A stretch of DNA of 64,000 nucleotides from Moniliella sp. 'wahieum'. Lineage: Eukaryota. This document shows, one piece after another, positions 1 to 14,400 of the stretch. The notes below the pieces were generated by a model. That model was not told where the DNA came from and searched no databases. It worked only from the letters and a program-made list of their open reading frames with translations. Position 1 is the stretch's first letter; every line of letters starts with the position of its first letter. The stretch spans positions 62,001 to 126,000 of the forward strand of contig RSEE01000059.1 of assembly GCA_003971905.1 (NCBI GenBank), read 5' to 3'. A program made the translations under genes and the position numbers.

Positions 1-44
1 CTAGCACAGAAGAAATGAGAAAAAACAAAAGGAGGAAAACATAC

Positions 45-409
45 CCAACGTGTGTGAAGCAGTAGACCCTCGTCCTGAGCTTTTGTCGAGGGCGTACCGA
101 CAATGTGTAATAACGGGCAACCGTTCGGCCATGCTACCTCCCAAAGCATTGCAAGCGCTCAGTTCCCCCACCAAAAGTGGTCGTAATCACCGACGGACGC
201 GGCTGGTCCTCAGCCAGAACGCGAGCCAAACCATCTGCCGAATAGCCTGCATTGAGCTCATTCGTGTTGCCCACCCACTTGAGGCCGCCCTCTCGGAACC
301 TGGTTAGGAGGGCCAAGTTAAAGTCGCCGGGTACCCCCTGGATGTACTCAACACCGAGTTGGTGTAAGCGCTGGATCATGTAACCACTGAGGGTGAGCTC
401 GTCCGTCAT
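45..409 (-). CDS. PDC: Pyruvate decarboxylase (TPP-dependent), first exon; gene runs off the left edge
   Basis: Translation MTDELTLSGYMIQRLHQLGVEYIQGVPGDFNL...WVGNTNELNAGYSADG.AR...ITTFG matches the PDC/IPDC N-terminus. A GTATGT donor lies at 44-39 on the minus strand. Confidence 0.9.
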
Positions 410-1924
410 GATGGTAGTGGCAAACGTGTCTTCTGGCGAAAGAACTGGGAGGATATACAGGCGCAGTTGTGGAGGGAGACAAGAGGAGAGAGAGCGAAGA
501 CGTTGAGGAGGAAAGGAGGGATGGAAAACATATGCTGTGGGATGGTCAGGGGCTTTTCTTATACCCGTAGAGCACGCACGAGCCATTTGTGGTTGGCCAC
601 ACAAAACAACAACCCATCATCGATCATCGATCATCCCCCCGTTGCGGCATGCTATAGACTGTATATGAGTAGCAGCTTACTACAACCAAAGGGCGGCGAC
701 TGCTACGGTGGTCTAGGGGGCGGTAGTGGGCAGATCATCTCGAAAGGGGGGGGGAAGTACTACAGCACAGCTCGTCCGATCATGGTTGTTAGAGCAGCGG
801 AAATAAGTTGACACACAGGGGTATCGGCACGGGGCTGCAGTCTATTAGAAGAGGCTGTGGAGACAGACCTTGAGCGCTGGACCTTATGGAGTAGACTAGT
901 ATAGGTAGTGTGTGAGCTGTGAGCGTTGTGGGGCCCCACCGACGCCTCATATACGACTTGGAGGGCGCCACGGTCACTAGTCACTAGTCACTGTCGCACC
1001 ACACATGCCGCTGCCGAAACGCCAACACTGCCGGCCGCGGTAGGCAATGACTGTCTTCGCCCGGGAGGCCACACAGTTACGGGTGTGCTGAGCATTGAAT
1101 ATTGACTGTGGCCAGTTGTGAGTACGTGCATGCGGAATCGCAGAGAGGTGGTAGGATGCAGGTGTGGCGAAACGTTAAACGGGCAAGAGTTTGATGGCGC
1201 TATTGGGCGCTTTTTTGCAGGGTGCAAAGTATGTTTAGCATCATAGTGTGGCAATAGTCTTTCCTCTCTCCCCCTTTCCCCTCACTAGCTCACTACTACT
1301 CACTCCCATTTGATTTTGTCTTGCCTGAATCAGGCATGCCCGACAGGGAAACCTATCGGTTGTGTCCAGACCTATTTGTGGTGAAGGGCCAGATAGTGCG
1401 GTAGTCTCCCTGCACGCTCTATCCTTCGTTTCCTTGGCAGCTTCCGAGATGCATCGCACTACAGGGACTTGCCGCTGTCATCTTTCTTGCTTATAGAAAT
1501 GGTGCTGAACTCTCTGTGCGCCACGAACAAACACAGTACCTAATGCTGAACGACATTCGTATCCACCCACTTCTACGTTGCAGCCGCGGCAACCTAGACT
1601 CTTACACGAACTCCCTTGAAGCCTTGACAGACTTCTCAATGCACCCTGGTTCTATCTCCAAAATTCCAAATCAGCCAGCACAGCCGACAACGCAGATGCA
1701 GGTTGCAGAATGGGCGGGATGCCTAACGCATATGTAGTGCAGGGCAGAACCTGTGCCCAGACGGGATCCGTACAGGCTGGCAGCAGGCGCCGCACCGAGC
1801 CGAGCCAAGCCCGCCGGTGCCTTTTGTTGCAACTTCGTGCCAGGAGCATCGTCCAGAGCATGACGCAGAAAGGAGGGGGACGATGATGGAAGAAGAGAGG
1901 AAACCCAGGACAGGGAACGGGAGT

Positions 1925-2437
1925 TTACTTCTTCTTGTTGTCCGACGCCTTGTTCTTGGCCGTACCAAAGAACTTCTTGGCGCGGTTCTTGCGCTCCTTG
2001 CGCAACTTGCGGCCGGCGCCCTCGACCTTCTCAGCCAAGCCCGAGCGTACAAGGCGGAACTTGGGCTCGAACTTCTTTTGGGCCTCGGCCGAGTCGTAAA
2101 TCAGAGCAAAGCCCGTGGTGCGACCGCCACCAAAGTGGGTGCGCAGGCCAAAGGTAACCACTGCTCGGCGGGGGCCTTGTAGAGCGCACCAAGCTTCTCC
2201 GAGAGCTCTGCACGGCTCACGTTGGGGCGCGCGGGGTGGATGACCTCGAGCACGCACTGCCGCCGCTGCAGAAGAGCGTTGCGCATAAACTTGCGCGTGC
2301 GCAGAGTCACGGGCGAGTTGGGGTCCTGGAAGACGCAGCGGTTAGCACAGTGTTGCCATCGTGGCTCGCATGCGGGCGAGTGGGGACGAGACGCCACAGG
2401 CGTCTGGGGGGGCGCGCATGGGCACCACACGTACCAT
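1925..2437 (-). CDS. RPS24: 40S ribosomal protein S24 (eS24); ATG-only exon 1, intron 2434-2326
   Basis: [29 protein letters not shown] and [43 protein letters not shown] across frames. ATG|GTACGT donor, CTAAC branch and CAG acceptor are present. Confidence 0.95.
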
Positions 2438-3188
2438 GTTGGGCTTGGGGAGGAGTCGTTCGGCAACAAACCACCTGCCTGCTTTGCCGACGCGGGAGAG
2501 ATTCCAGCAGCGCGGCCACGCGCAACGGTAGGGTTGCGCCGCAAAATGGCTGCCGCAGCATTTTAATCGTACGAGTAGGGTTAAGTGTACGTGACTTGTT
2601 GTAGTCACAGTGATTCATGGTTGTTGAAAGTTAAACGTTAAATTTTAAAATGCGACATGTGACGATGGCTGTGCGGTGATCATCCCCGGAGATCCCCCGT
2701 GCGAATCTTGCTCGGATGCTGTGTGGACGTGTAGACTACTCGGTCTGTGTCCTTGGGCTTTGGCGTGTCCGATCTCGATCGGCGTGTATCCTTCGGGCGA
2801 GCACCAACAAGCCCGCAGCCCCAAGCAGCCTCACCACATTCATCATGTTTCTCCGCAAGGCAAGGATGGGTGGGACGACGGCAAGGTGGGTTTGGAAGAA
2901 GGGGAGAACCTAGCATGGCCAAGGGACGCGGGAGGGATTTCCCTGTCCACTGGGATGCGCAGCCACGACACGCAATCCCAGAGGCACGCACGGGCCCACA
3001 CTGCCGCGTGCATGACAGTGGCAGCGGGCGGGCAGGTGCGATGGCACGTGGCCAAGATGAACGTTCAAGCGCACCTCCAGTTCAATGCGCTGGCGACGCG
3101 CCTTCTCTCCTTCGACCCCCCCCACCACCTCCTCCATCGCCACCACCACCACCACCCCACCACCCACCCCACCACCACCACCACCACC

Positions 3189-6100
3189 ATGGACCGCCGC
3201 TACGCCCCCCCAGCCCCGCCCGCCCCGTCGACCGCCGCCAGACCGCCTCCCCCCAGTACCCCCACCTGCCCCCCTCCGCACCCTCCCCCTGGGCCTCCCA
3301 GCCGCCCCCCGTGCCCCTCCACCCACACGCCCACCCGCACCCGCACGCCCGCCCATCCCCACCCCACGCCCACGCCCACGCCCACGCCCACTCCTCTCCC
3401 ACCCGCTCCCGCTCCCGCTCCCCCCCCCCACCCCACCACACCCCACGCCCATGCCCATCCCCACCCGCACCCGCACCCCCATCCGCACCCCCACGCCCAC
3501 CCGCACCCGCTCCCGCGCTCCCACGCCCACTCCCCCGTCGCCCCGCCGGCCTCCTCGTCGCCCAACGACGTCTACCACCGCCCGCGCCTCGCCCGCCCCG
3601 GCTCGCCCCTCGCCCCCCGCCTTCCGCCAGCCCGCCCATGCTCCAGCCCGTGCCCCTCCACGCCCGCCCCGGCCCGCTCACGCCATGCCCCACCCCCGCC
3701 GCCTGGCTATGGACCGTCGCCCTATGCGCCTGCCCCCTCGCCCCCGCTCGGCATGCGTCCCCCCTCGGGCCCCTCGCCTGTTGTCGGCACCATCGTCCCC
3801 CCGCCCCACCCCCGCGCGTGCTCGTCTCTCCTCCGCCGCCTCGGCTGCCGGCATGGTCCCCCCCCGGCATCAGCCCGCCCCCGACCGCCGATGAGACCCG
3901 TGCCGCTTCGGTGCCCATCCTCGGCACCCTCCACCCTCAATGCGTCCTGCGCCACCGGTGCCCATGCGATCCGAGTACCCACCTGCCTCGGTGCGGCAGC
4001 CTCCTCCTGCACACTCGCAGTCGCATTCGCATTCGCGCTCGCCGTCTTCTGGCACTCCTCTCGGTTCCCTCCGCGTGGGCCACCCGTCCAGCAAGGGCGG
4101 CACTACTCGGGCTCGCGGCCCTCCCACCCTCCTGCTCCTACCAAGCAAACGATGCACTCCTACCCGGCCCCCTGCTGCACCGCAGGCCATGATGCCGCGG
4201 GATTCGGCACCTGTCCCTTCGCGTACGGTGGAAGCCCGCCTCTGTCGCCCTCGACGCCGTTGACATCGAATCAAGCATCCGCGCCCGTGTCCTCTTCTTC
4301 TACAGCAGCTACAACCCGGGCCGATGCAATGCGCATGAGCTCCATCCTGAGTGGATCCGCCCGTCCAATCTCACCCTCCAACAGCAAGGCGCACCCCGCC
4401 ACTGCGCCGGCCCCGGCCTCCAGTCACCCCCTACTGCATTTCCGTCCACCTGCAGGCGTAGCTGGTTCCCAGGCTACCCAGCAGTCTCTCAGGGAACCGA
4501 CCCGACCGTTGAAGATCTCAAGCGGCGGCGGGACTCTCTCCCTCCGTCTCCTTCGGCTGGCCGGTTCCGGAAGGACGACCGCGTGCGCCCACGGCGCCGC
4601 TTCCGCCCACCGAGTTCGCTCCTGCGCCTGGGGCTGGGATGCCTTCTGCTCTTCATGGTCCGCATGGCCCGTCGGGTGCTGAACACGCACCGCCTGTCGC
4701 GATGCCTGCCCACGTGTCGGCTACAGTTTCTGGTGCTGGTGTGGCTGTGAGCGCAGGAAGCGAGCGGGCACGAAGCGCGCGCGTCTCACGCCCTCTCCCT
4801 CACGTCCTGTGTCGCCAACCAACGAAGATGTCGGCGTGACGGAGGCCGCTGCGCCTCTCAATGGGACGGAGGTACCCGAAGAATTTTACGACGATGCGAT
4901 TCAGCCACGGGACTTATCGCTTGGTCCGGCGCGGGTGGACTCGGAACACGTGTGGCTGTACCTGGATCGGTGCGACAAGGTGGAACTGGAACGGCGGCGG
5001 TTGGAAGCCAAGGCAGCCAGGCGGCTGAAACGTCTCTGGGCTGGCGAGCCGCCAAGTGGAGCGTCTACGCCCGACGTGGTAGATGATGAGGAAGTGTGGT
5101 CGGGCATGTTCCAAGTTGGTCTTCGTCGTGGCCGGCCTGCACCGCATTTAGGTTGGTGGCGGTACGATCCTCAAGTGCAGCCTTGTTGCCGGGAGACTGT
5201 TGCGTGCGCATGTTGGTGCGACGCTGGAAGTGCGCATCTCGGGCGACTTGCTCGGCCCCGGTCCCGCTTTGGTGATACGCCCGATACGGAAGAACCAACA
5301 CAAGGATGGCGTCTAGGCTGGAGAGGACGAGAATGCTCGTACGCTGCGAGCTGAAACGGAGTGTAGGGACGAAGCTCCTACGCCGCCTGTGTCGACTGCG
5401 TCGGCGCCAGCGCCCTTGGTCAAGCGAGGCGGGCTCGGCACTGTGCACGCTCGCGCCGCTGGTGCAGCGACAAGTGGGGAACCGATGTGTACACGGACGA
5501 TTCGGATGTGTGTGGGGATGTGCATCCATGCAGGCTGGGTAGAAGTGCCAGGTACAGACGACGAAAAGGTACCTGCGTGGGTTCCGCCTGGCGAGGCGCA
5601 ACGGGAGTGGGTGCGTCTCGGATCCCTGGTGGCGAAGGGGCAGGGACGGAACAAGAAGGTCAAACGGGGGAATGTACGGTACAGCCCAAAGAACCAGAAC
5701 CAAACCAAGACAAAGACAAGATCTTGGTTCGCGTACCTACGCCTACGCCTGTCCTGTCACTCCTGCCTCTCCCGTGCGTCGGACGTGCGACGTGAGCGTG
5801 ATGCTTCGCATCGCGCCCCGGCTGATCGTGTACCGTGGTTGTCCTCGGTCTGGCATCCGGTCTCGCTCGTGGGGCAACACGCACGATGGTGTGTCACTTG
5901 TGATTGAGGGGTGGAATTGAAAGAGGTACGTTACTTTTCTCAGTTGGAGGAGTGTTTTTGTTTTTGTTTCGGCCCTTCCGTGCTCCTCTGTGCCGATGGG
6001 CCATCTGGGCCTTGCTTGGCCTTGAATCAGTTGAAGCTGAAGCTGACCATTGGACCGATTCCGTTTGCGTCTGCGTTTGTGTGTTTGCGTTTGCGTTTTG

Positions 6101-6312
6101 CTAGCCTGGTCATGCCTATGGTCCTGGACGCGCTGGCGGAAACGTCGACTAGCTGCGCGTGCTGCTCAATTGGGCTCAGTGCCAACCCCAACCCCAACCC
6201 TGCCCCGCTGGTCCCAAGCACTACGAAAACCGGGCCAGGCCTTACGTCCCAGCTGATCCATCTCGCTCGTGCCGGCGCACCCATTCGTCTTGCCGATGTC
6301 GCTGCACCGTGA
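3189..6312 (+). CDS. RXT3: Rxt3-like histone deacetylase (Rpd3L) complex subunit with long Pro/His-rich N-terminus
   Basis: C-terminal segments VWG.TDVYTDDSD..(M)CIHAGW and DVSVMLRIAPRLIVYRG..RSGIRSRSWGNTHDGVSLVIE are typical of the Rxt3 domain. An intron lies near 5926-6104. The 3' end is approximate. Confidence 0.75.
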
Positions 6313-7681
6313 TGTGATGCACGTCAGCAAGTCCCAGACGGCTGAAGCTTCAGCTGAAGCCCAACCAAACGGAGCTAGATGGGTGCATGGGCTAGTTTGG
6401 GCCAGGGGGAAAACGAAAGGCTCTGCCTCTGCCTCTACCTGCCTCTGCCTCTGGTTTGTATCGTTGGTAAGAAAATAAGAACGGGCGTAACAACGTGTAG
6501 AGATTGGATGTGTGTCCCCGCGCGTCTTCGTAGGGATGAGGTCGATGAGGAAGGGGGAAGCCATAGAGAGAATGGCGGGGAAGGGGTGGCTTTTTGGCAG
6601 AGCTGGGACGCACAGGGACACTAGCTCCCGGCCAATTCAATATTCATGCCAGCGCATTTGATCTTGAGAGATCTTAGATCTGAGAAAGGGAAAGAGGGGC
6701 TACAGGGGTTGAACTACGTTGAACGTTGAGGCGGCGACGGGCGGGGCGAGTACTGAGTTTATGTATTTTTTCTGTCCAGCGTCACAGTCACTAGTCCTAT
6801 AGTCACTGTGGAGCATCCATCGCCCACCCGTTCGATTTGCTGGGCTTGGAAGCCGTAGAGTCCCTGGCTGAGCACTCGAGTTGGGCGATCCGTCCGAGGG
6901 GCTCAGCCTGGCCACCTGCGCAGGGGTGGGCCAGTGGGCCAACTCGCTGGAATTGCGGGCCGGAGAGAGACCCAACAACTGTGGCGGGCGACATCACGAT
7001 GCACGTGGATGAGCTTTTTTGGCCGTCGTTCGTTCGCCGTTGAAGGGGGAGGGGGCGCTGTTGGGTGTGTGGGTGGCAGGAGAGGCAACTTTCTTCGACC
7101 GGCCTAGACTCAGGCCTTAGGCCTTAGGCCTTACCTCGCCTGACCGGGGCCGGGGAACCTTACGCTTGAAGAGGTTGATCTGTGCATGTGAGGCAGCGGC
7201 CAGTGGGTTTCGGCTCGCCTCGTCCGGCGGCCACACTGCCTGCCCAGTCCCTAGTCAGCCGACACCCAGGGGCGGCGCACACTTGCCTCCTGCAAGCGCT
7301 CGTCCTGCGGTGGGGCCGCGCAAGCGCAGGCAAGGAGCCAGCCGCCGCCGCCGCCGCCGCCGAGTCTATTTCGCCACAAACCTACGCCCCGTCGAGTCGG
7401 CACGAGCCACCAGGAGGCAGAACGGTTTAATTGGAGGATGTGGCGCTGGGCCGACTGCGCCATGTTGCCTGATCGATGACCGCCCTACGCCTCTCTCTCT
7501 CTTCGTAGCGCCCCTATCTCTGGGTTCCTGGGCCTGCCTCTATCGCCTCCCTCGCCTCAAATTCTTCTGTGGTTCTCATCTCTATTTCTTCTCTGTGCCC
7601 GGTTATCCTCTCCCTCCACCCTTACCTCCACCTCTTATCCCTCCCTTCCCCCGTTCTTCACCAGCCTTTCCGTGGGGTTAT

Positions 7682-10074
7682 ATGTCCTCGCACACAATGT
7701 TGCTCGCCCGATCGCGCACCCGTTCCACCACAAGTCGTCCCAATCGACGTCCCCGTCCAGCCCGCCGCTGCATCCCACCACCGCACCTACCCGCCTACTA
7801 GGGCCAAGCGGCCCTGTCGAAGCTGCCCCCCGCACGTGTCCAAGCCCGATAGCGGTTCCAGTGTTCCCACGTCCGAAACCGAGACGAAACACTCGCCCCC
7901 GCAATCGATATCATTGTGCCGACAAAGCCTCGACGACGCGGTTGATGGCGCAACTAACAAGGCTTACCGTATGGGCCGTCGCGCCGTGCTCGCCAAGCAC
8001 ACTCAGTGACAGGTGCAGCTCCGATGGAGCGGACGGTGCACCCGAGCAACCCGCCTGGCTCGCCGCCGCTTCCTGTGCTGTACGTGCACAAGCGTGGTGG
8101 GGAAGTGTTGGAGGACCCAGTGAGCAACTATGGTGCGGCACACAGTATGGCGGAGCGGGAGCTATTGGTCTGTCTCCCTTTTGCCTCACAGCGTTCACAC
8201 GCTTTCGACCCAAGTCGATCGTGCCTACAAGCAATTCCAAACCCGGTGTCGTCTGGCCAGATGACGGGCAACGATGCCGATGTGATTTTTGCAGTACACG
8301 TTCCTTCGTTCTCTCAAGGACCAAAACGCCATCTTGTTTTACGCGCTGCTTCAGCGTCATCTCAAGGAAACGTTGCGCGTCATTTACACTCCCTTGTTGG
8401 CGCTGCCATCGTGCACTATTCACATATTTTCCGTCGTCCCGACGGTACGTTCCTCACCTACCCGGCGTACAAGGGCGCCATCGATGCTAAGGGTGGCGAC
8501 CGTCAAGCCGGGCGCAATACCTTCGAGACGCCCCTGACTCACTTCAACCATCTCGGCGAGGATGACATTGATGTGTTGATCTGTACCGACAGCGAAGGCA
8601 TTCTCGGCATCGGGACCAAGGTGCGTCTTGATATATACCTTTTACTTAGTTTTTGCTCTGCCGCGAAAAAACGGGATGTGTGACTGACGGTTGGATCGCT
8701 TTGTATTACCTCCCTCGATATGTCCCTACTATGGTGTGATAGGCGCTGGTGGGATCAACATTTCTATTGGTAAAAACACGATCTACGCCTTGGGGGTGGG
8801 ATTGACCCGCTGCGTACGCTGAGCATTGGGATTGACGTGGGAACTAACAATTCAGCCATGCTAGCCGACCCAATGTACCTCGGCTGGCGCAATCCACGTT
8901 TGCGCGGGGCAGAATACGAATCGTTCATGGACGACTACGTGAGTGTAGCAAGCGAATGTTTCCCGCACGCGTTACTGCACTTTGAGGACTTTGGCACGCA
9001 GAATGCCCATCGTCTGCTGCTCAAGTACCGCCAAGAAGGATGGCTTACGTTTTGGGACGACGAGCAAGGCACCGCGGCCGTGACGCTCTCGGCTGTTCTT
9101 TCGGCGACCAAGGTAACCAAGTCGTCGCTCAAGACCAGCGGTACGTCATCTTTGGTGCCGGCACAGCCGGTATGGGCATTGCTGCCCAAATCCGCGACGC
9201 GATTCAGATCCGTGACAACTTGTCGCAAGAAGAAGCGGTACGTGGTTGACTCCTTTTCACTATTCACTTCTCTCTCTCTTCTCTCCCCGTCTGGTCCGTC
9301 TGTTGATATGTAGGTTCTGACTTGACAATTATTTTCGCCACAGACGAAAAAACTCTGGCTCATTGACCGGTACGGGCTCCTGGTCCACGGCCAGTGGAGA
9401 TGCGGGATGTGCAACTCCCCTTTGCGCGGAGCAAGGAGGACGTGGCAGAGTGGCCCAACGCGCCCAGCATCCCGGGGAAGGCTTCAAGCTGCTAGCCGTC
9501 GTGGAGCAAGTTCATCCAACAGTGCTCATTGGTGTGTCAGGCCAAGGCGGGGCGTTTACAGAGGAAGTGGTGAGGTCCATGGCGGCGCATTGTGAGCGCC
9601 CTGCGATCTTCCCTCTCTCCAACCCTTCGGAGCTTGCCGAGGCACGGCCAGACGATATCAACCAATGGTCCGAGGGCCATGCGCTCATTGCCACTGGGTC
9701 ACCCTTCCCCCCTACCGATCCCCAACTCGACGAGGATGTATACCGTGGCCGAGTCTAATAATGCGCTTGGCTTCCCAGGCCTGGCAGCCGGGTGATTTTG
9801 GCGCGGGCACCGCGCTTGACGGACGAGATGATCGTGCTGGAGTGGATGCGATTGCGTCGCTGAGTCCGGCACTCAAGGACCCCGATGCATCTTTGCTGCC
9901 TGACCTGGTGGACATGCGCAATGTAAGTATGAAGGTGGCTGCAGCCGTTGCTCTGGCCGCACAAAGCAAGGCTTGGCCCAGGCGGAAGACCTGCCTACCA
10001 CATTGGAGGGGTTGGAGCAGTTGGTTCGTCATCGGGCGTGGCAACCGCTGTACAGGGAGTTGCGGGCGGCTTGA
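7682..10074 (+). CDS. MAE1: NAD(P)-dependent malic enzyme
   Basis: Motifs [96 protein letters not shown] and NNALGFPGL. Introns at about 8620-8742 and 9238-9343. Confidence 0.93.
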
Positions 10075-11489
10075 ACCACATAGCGTTCACGCGCAGGAGA
10101 CTGTCTGATTGTGCATGTTGCCCACGGCCCGGCTCTCGCGCACCAAACGATAACACCCCCCTCTTCATCATTATTACGTTTTCTTCTTGCTCAGCTACGC
10201 CTTTGTCACCCCCACCCCCTATTCTCACCCCGCTCTACCCGATCCCAACCTCTCTGTCATTGGCCTTTGACGGCCTGGCCCACATTCACTTTTGCTCTAT
10301 CTTTTTTTGGCTGTGGCATCCGGCGTTTGAGCTCTGGCAACTTGTGCCGGAAGATGAAAATGTTGTGATTGCTCTCAGCGTCTTTATCTGCTTTCCACGC
10401 GGGCGCCCGTATGTGGGCTCTATACACCTTTCCATTCACTCACCACCGCTCCTCTGATGTTCGCACCCTGCCCCCGGCCCGCCCTCTGATTTCACCCTCT
10501 TTTGCACATCCCTCCTGTCTCTCGCTTTGATCCTCCCGTGCGCTTCGTCCGGCCTGCCACACATTCAAGGTTCCATCGTCGGATGACTAGTGACTATAGT
10601 GACTACGATCGCTCCGGATGTCTTCACGTTCACATTTTGATGCATTCCGTTGAAGCTGATTGAGTCTACGGACAATCCATGTCTTACAAGCTGCTGTCTT
10701 GCAGTGGATTGTGTGGCGTACGCCCCGACAATACGCTTGTTGGTACACTGTAATACAGGCCGATATAGCAGACAATGAGAAAAGATTCAACCTCTATTGA
10801 GGGAGTGACTAGTGAGAGGAGGAGATGGAGGTATAGTTCATTCAGAGGAGTCCTGAGCGGACTGTGGTAGATGTAGGAGGTGAGAGGCGGAGACGATAAT
10901 CGATAATCGATAACAGAAGAGTGGGTACGTGGGCAAGTCATGTGGTCATGTGGTCTGGTCTACTAATACGTGATGACGCTGACAATCTCTCCTCTTTGTC
11001 GGCACCCGTGTCAGATAGATGGCCATAAAATGATGATCGATGATGACGGAAATGGAATACTAAGGTAACAAAATCGAGGCAGGACTCGGAGGACAGAAGG
11101 GCCCAGCCACCAGTCAGCCTCGTCCTGAGGCCCGGCGACGGAAGAGGGTACATATAAAAGAGGAGGTATATCATCGCCCAGCAGAGCTCCACACTGGAGG
11201 GTTAGGTTAAGGCTCGCATATGCCAGGGTGGGAAAAACGAGATATATGTTGGGCAGATTTAGCCTCTCCTGTCCAAAGGTTGTTGGGAGGCTATTGTGGG
11301 CTGTTGGGAGGAACGAGTCGGACCAAAAGAGAGCAAGCAAAGAAGGAACAAAAACAAATGAGCGAAAGGGTAAACCTACAGAAAACAGGCACGCAAGGCG
11401 CGAGGGAAGGAAGACGTGATGGGAGACGGGACGGGAGAGGGGACGGGAGACGGGGGACGGGAACCCGACCGACCCGCCATCAACCACTA

Positions 11490-14400
11490 ATTCAGAAGAC
11501 CGCACTAGGCTCCGACGCGCACCGGCGGCGGAGGAGCAAGAGGGAACGACTTGACCTCGTGATCGTCCGTCCTGACGGGGCCTCGTCCTCATCCATCCTG
11601 TTTGGGCTTGGGCCCTGCGATCCAGGCAGAGGGGCGGGGAGGGTGAACCGCTACCCGTCCTATGGTCTTTGGGGGCGGAGCACGGGCCGTGCCTAAGCTA
11701 GGCGCAGGTTGGACTGGTGCACTGGACGCACCTGGGATATCGTGTGTGTCGAGGGTTAACGGGGTGGCAGCAGTACCGCTCACGGCGGGGTACGTTTTTT
11801 GCCCAACGGTTTGGAGCGGGGGTAAATGTGATGGATCCAGGGTGGAGTAAGGCCTGGGAAGGGGTGAGGCGTGTATGTGGGTCCCAGTCGAGGCAACGGG
11901 TAAGAAAGTCAAGGAAGAGTAGGTCGAAGCAGCGGAGGGATTGGCTCAGGGTCTTGCTTCCTGGTATACGGTGTTTGCCCTTTGAGTTGGTTAGGTGAAG
12001 TGGGGAGCCGGTTTCTGAGAAGAAGAGTTGTGCGCGCGAAGCTGGAGCCAGCACCGAGGAGGAAGGTACACCGAAAATTCCATAATGCAAGCAAGTTGTT
12101 CCTCTTCGTTCTCCCCCGGGAACAGCGGGTACCCATGTACATCTCGGCCAAGATGCAGCCCAGACTCCACATGTCGATCTCTGATAGGATAGGATAGATA
12201 TGGTATTAGGTGCCGACAGAGGTCTCAGTCAATACCGGGTCGTGTCAAATGCATAAAGGAATAAAGTACAGCAGACGTACCCAGACCATAATCGATACCG
12301 AGGATGACTTCCGGCGCACGGTAAAAGCGACTTTGGATGTAAGTATAGATACTTTGGTTGGCAAAGCACGCCGAGCCAAAATCAATGAGTTTGATACGAC
12401 ATTGCCGTGGGTGAACAAGGAGGATGTTCTCGGGCTTGAGGTCGCAGTGGACGAGGCGATGCTGTTGAAGCAGGTTGAGCGCCGTCAAAGCCTGGAGGGT
12501 AAAGCACCTGATGAGTCGGAGCGAACAGCCGTTAAAGGAGGTACACTTGAGTAGCTCGTATAAGTTGATACTCAGTAATTCCATCACGATGCACAGGTGA
12601 TTGCGGAAGGAGAATGCGTCGCGAACATGAATGAGTGCCTTGTTATCCTCCTCATCCCAACTAGCCAACTGAGAAAGTACCTCGCTCTCCAACAAAGCTT
12701 GTTGGTGGAACCGTTTCTTGTTGCGAATCAGTTTGACTGCGACCCAGTCCCCCGTCTTGTGATCTTTGCATTTGAGTACTTGGCCAAACGACCCGCGCCC
12801 CAGAGACTGTACCACCTCGTACCGGTATCCCAATGATCTTGCACCACCACCTGGTAATCACCCTTCATCGTCGTACCCAAAGTTGTTTTGGGGGAAGGCA
12901 AGCGAGGCAAGATGTTTTCGTGCTGTGCCAGCGTAGTATACCTTCTTGCCTTTCATGCTTGTCTGCATCTCCCACTCTTCGTACTGGGACAAGACGTTGC
13001 CAAACATGACCTCAGCTTGGCGTACACTGAATTCGCGCGACGGGACCGTTGCGACGGGAGGGCCAAAGTGCTGATTCAAGTCGCCTGGGACACGCCTTGA
13101 GCCCGCTTACGCGCTTGGTATTGCTCAATGTACATGTTCATCTCTTCGTCGCCCACGATCCGGTCTCTCTCATGTTCTTCTGCCGCCTCCAACGGCGTGG
13201 GGGCCACTTGAGCACCAGCGAAGTCCGCAGCAACCGAGTTTAAGGGACCCGCGCCGCTCTCGTGCTTATGCCGTGGTGCATTTGTCGTCATATCCGCTTC
13301 TTGCCCGGCGCTGCGCATCTCGTCTGCACGCAGTATGAGACCATGAAGAATCTCTTCCTCTTCCAACGTCAGGTCGAGGGCGGGTGGGCAAGCAGGTTCC
13401 GAACTCGTGGCATGATCTGTTCGGTCTCCTTGACCGTCTTTGCCTCGGCGCAATCGTTTAGAAGGGTGATGATAGTGGAGGATAAACCGAGGGAAGCTTG
13501 AGTTCCGCTTGACATTTGGACCGACTGGGAGGAAGGGTGGAGCGAAGCAGAAGCACGATGGGCAAGGCGAGTATCGCCCACTTGCTTTTGTAAATGTTGA
13601 AGAGGTGCGATGACTGGGGGATGGGGTGGAGCTGGACCGTGATAGGAATCGCGAGTCAGTTGCAGCAGCGAGACGAGGAGGCACAACTCCCGTGCCTCGG
13701 CCTGGGGTGAGCACATCGGGACTCAGAGGGGAGATGTGAAAGGTGGGAGGGGGTATATCTGGCACATAACATGGCTGGCCCTCCCTGTCCCCTCTGCGCC
13801 GGGTAAGGTCCATGCTCATCACCTTTTGCTCGAGCTGAAGTGGTGCGAGTGGGCCGGCCGGCTTGGCGGCGCGGATGAGGACATGGGCGACTTGCTCACC
13901 CCAGGCCCAGGCAACGTTGTTGTTCTTGTTCTTCGAGGGGGGAGAAGGGGTTTGGGTTTGGTTTGGGTTTGGTCGCAGGACGAGCCAATACGGTGTGCCT
14001 GAACTGCACCACCAAGAGCAGGGTGTCGATAATGTTCTCCCCCTCCTCCCTCCGGCTTCGTCCCATTGGTTGATTCGGTTGCAAGGAGCTGGCTGAGGGA
14101 TGTGCTCCATTCCATGACCCTGACGGTAACAGTGCCCGCATCCTGCTTGGTCGGGAAGGAGATGTGCAGTCGGCGCCAGCCTCCGACAGGGGGCGGGAGG
14201 GACGAGAGCTGCGGACCCACGCCGACTGCGTCGGAAAAAGGTGGGAGTCCAACGAGATTTAGGACGACTTTCTCTTCCTTCGGCCGGAGTCGAACGTGCA
14301 GTGCGCTCCCCCGTTGCGACAAGTTTCTGCTCCATCCAACCCGTTGACATGGCCATCGCAGCTGAAACAGAGGCAGAGGCCGCGACGGGAGGTGCATGGG

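Noticed and set aside
600..1900. Short ORFs between PDC and RPS24
   Set aside because: No recognisable motifs. Treated as PDC upstream/intergenic DNA. I saw no TPP riboswitch signature.
2676..4682. Long Pro/His/Gly-rich ORFs on both strands and in several frames (also 15100-16450 and 43100-44700)
   Set aside because: They are shadows of GC-rich low-complexity N-termini of the Rxt3-like, DYRK and RhoGEF genes, not separate overlapping genes.
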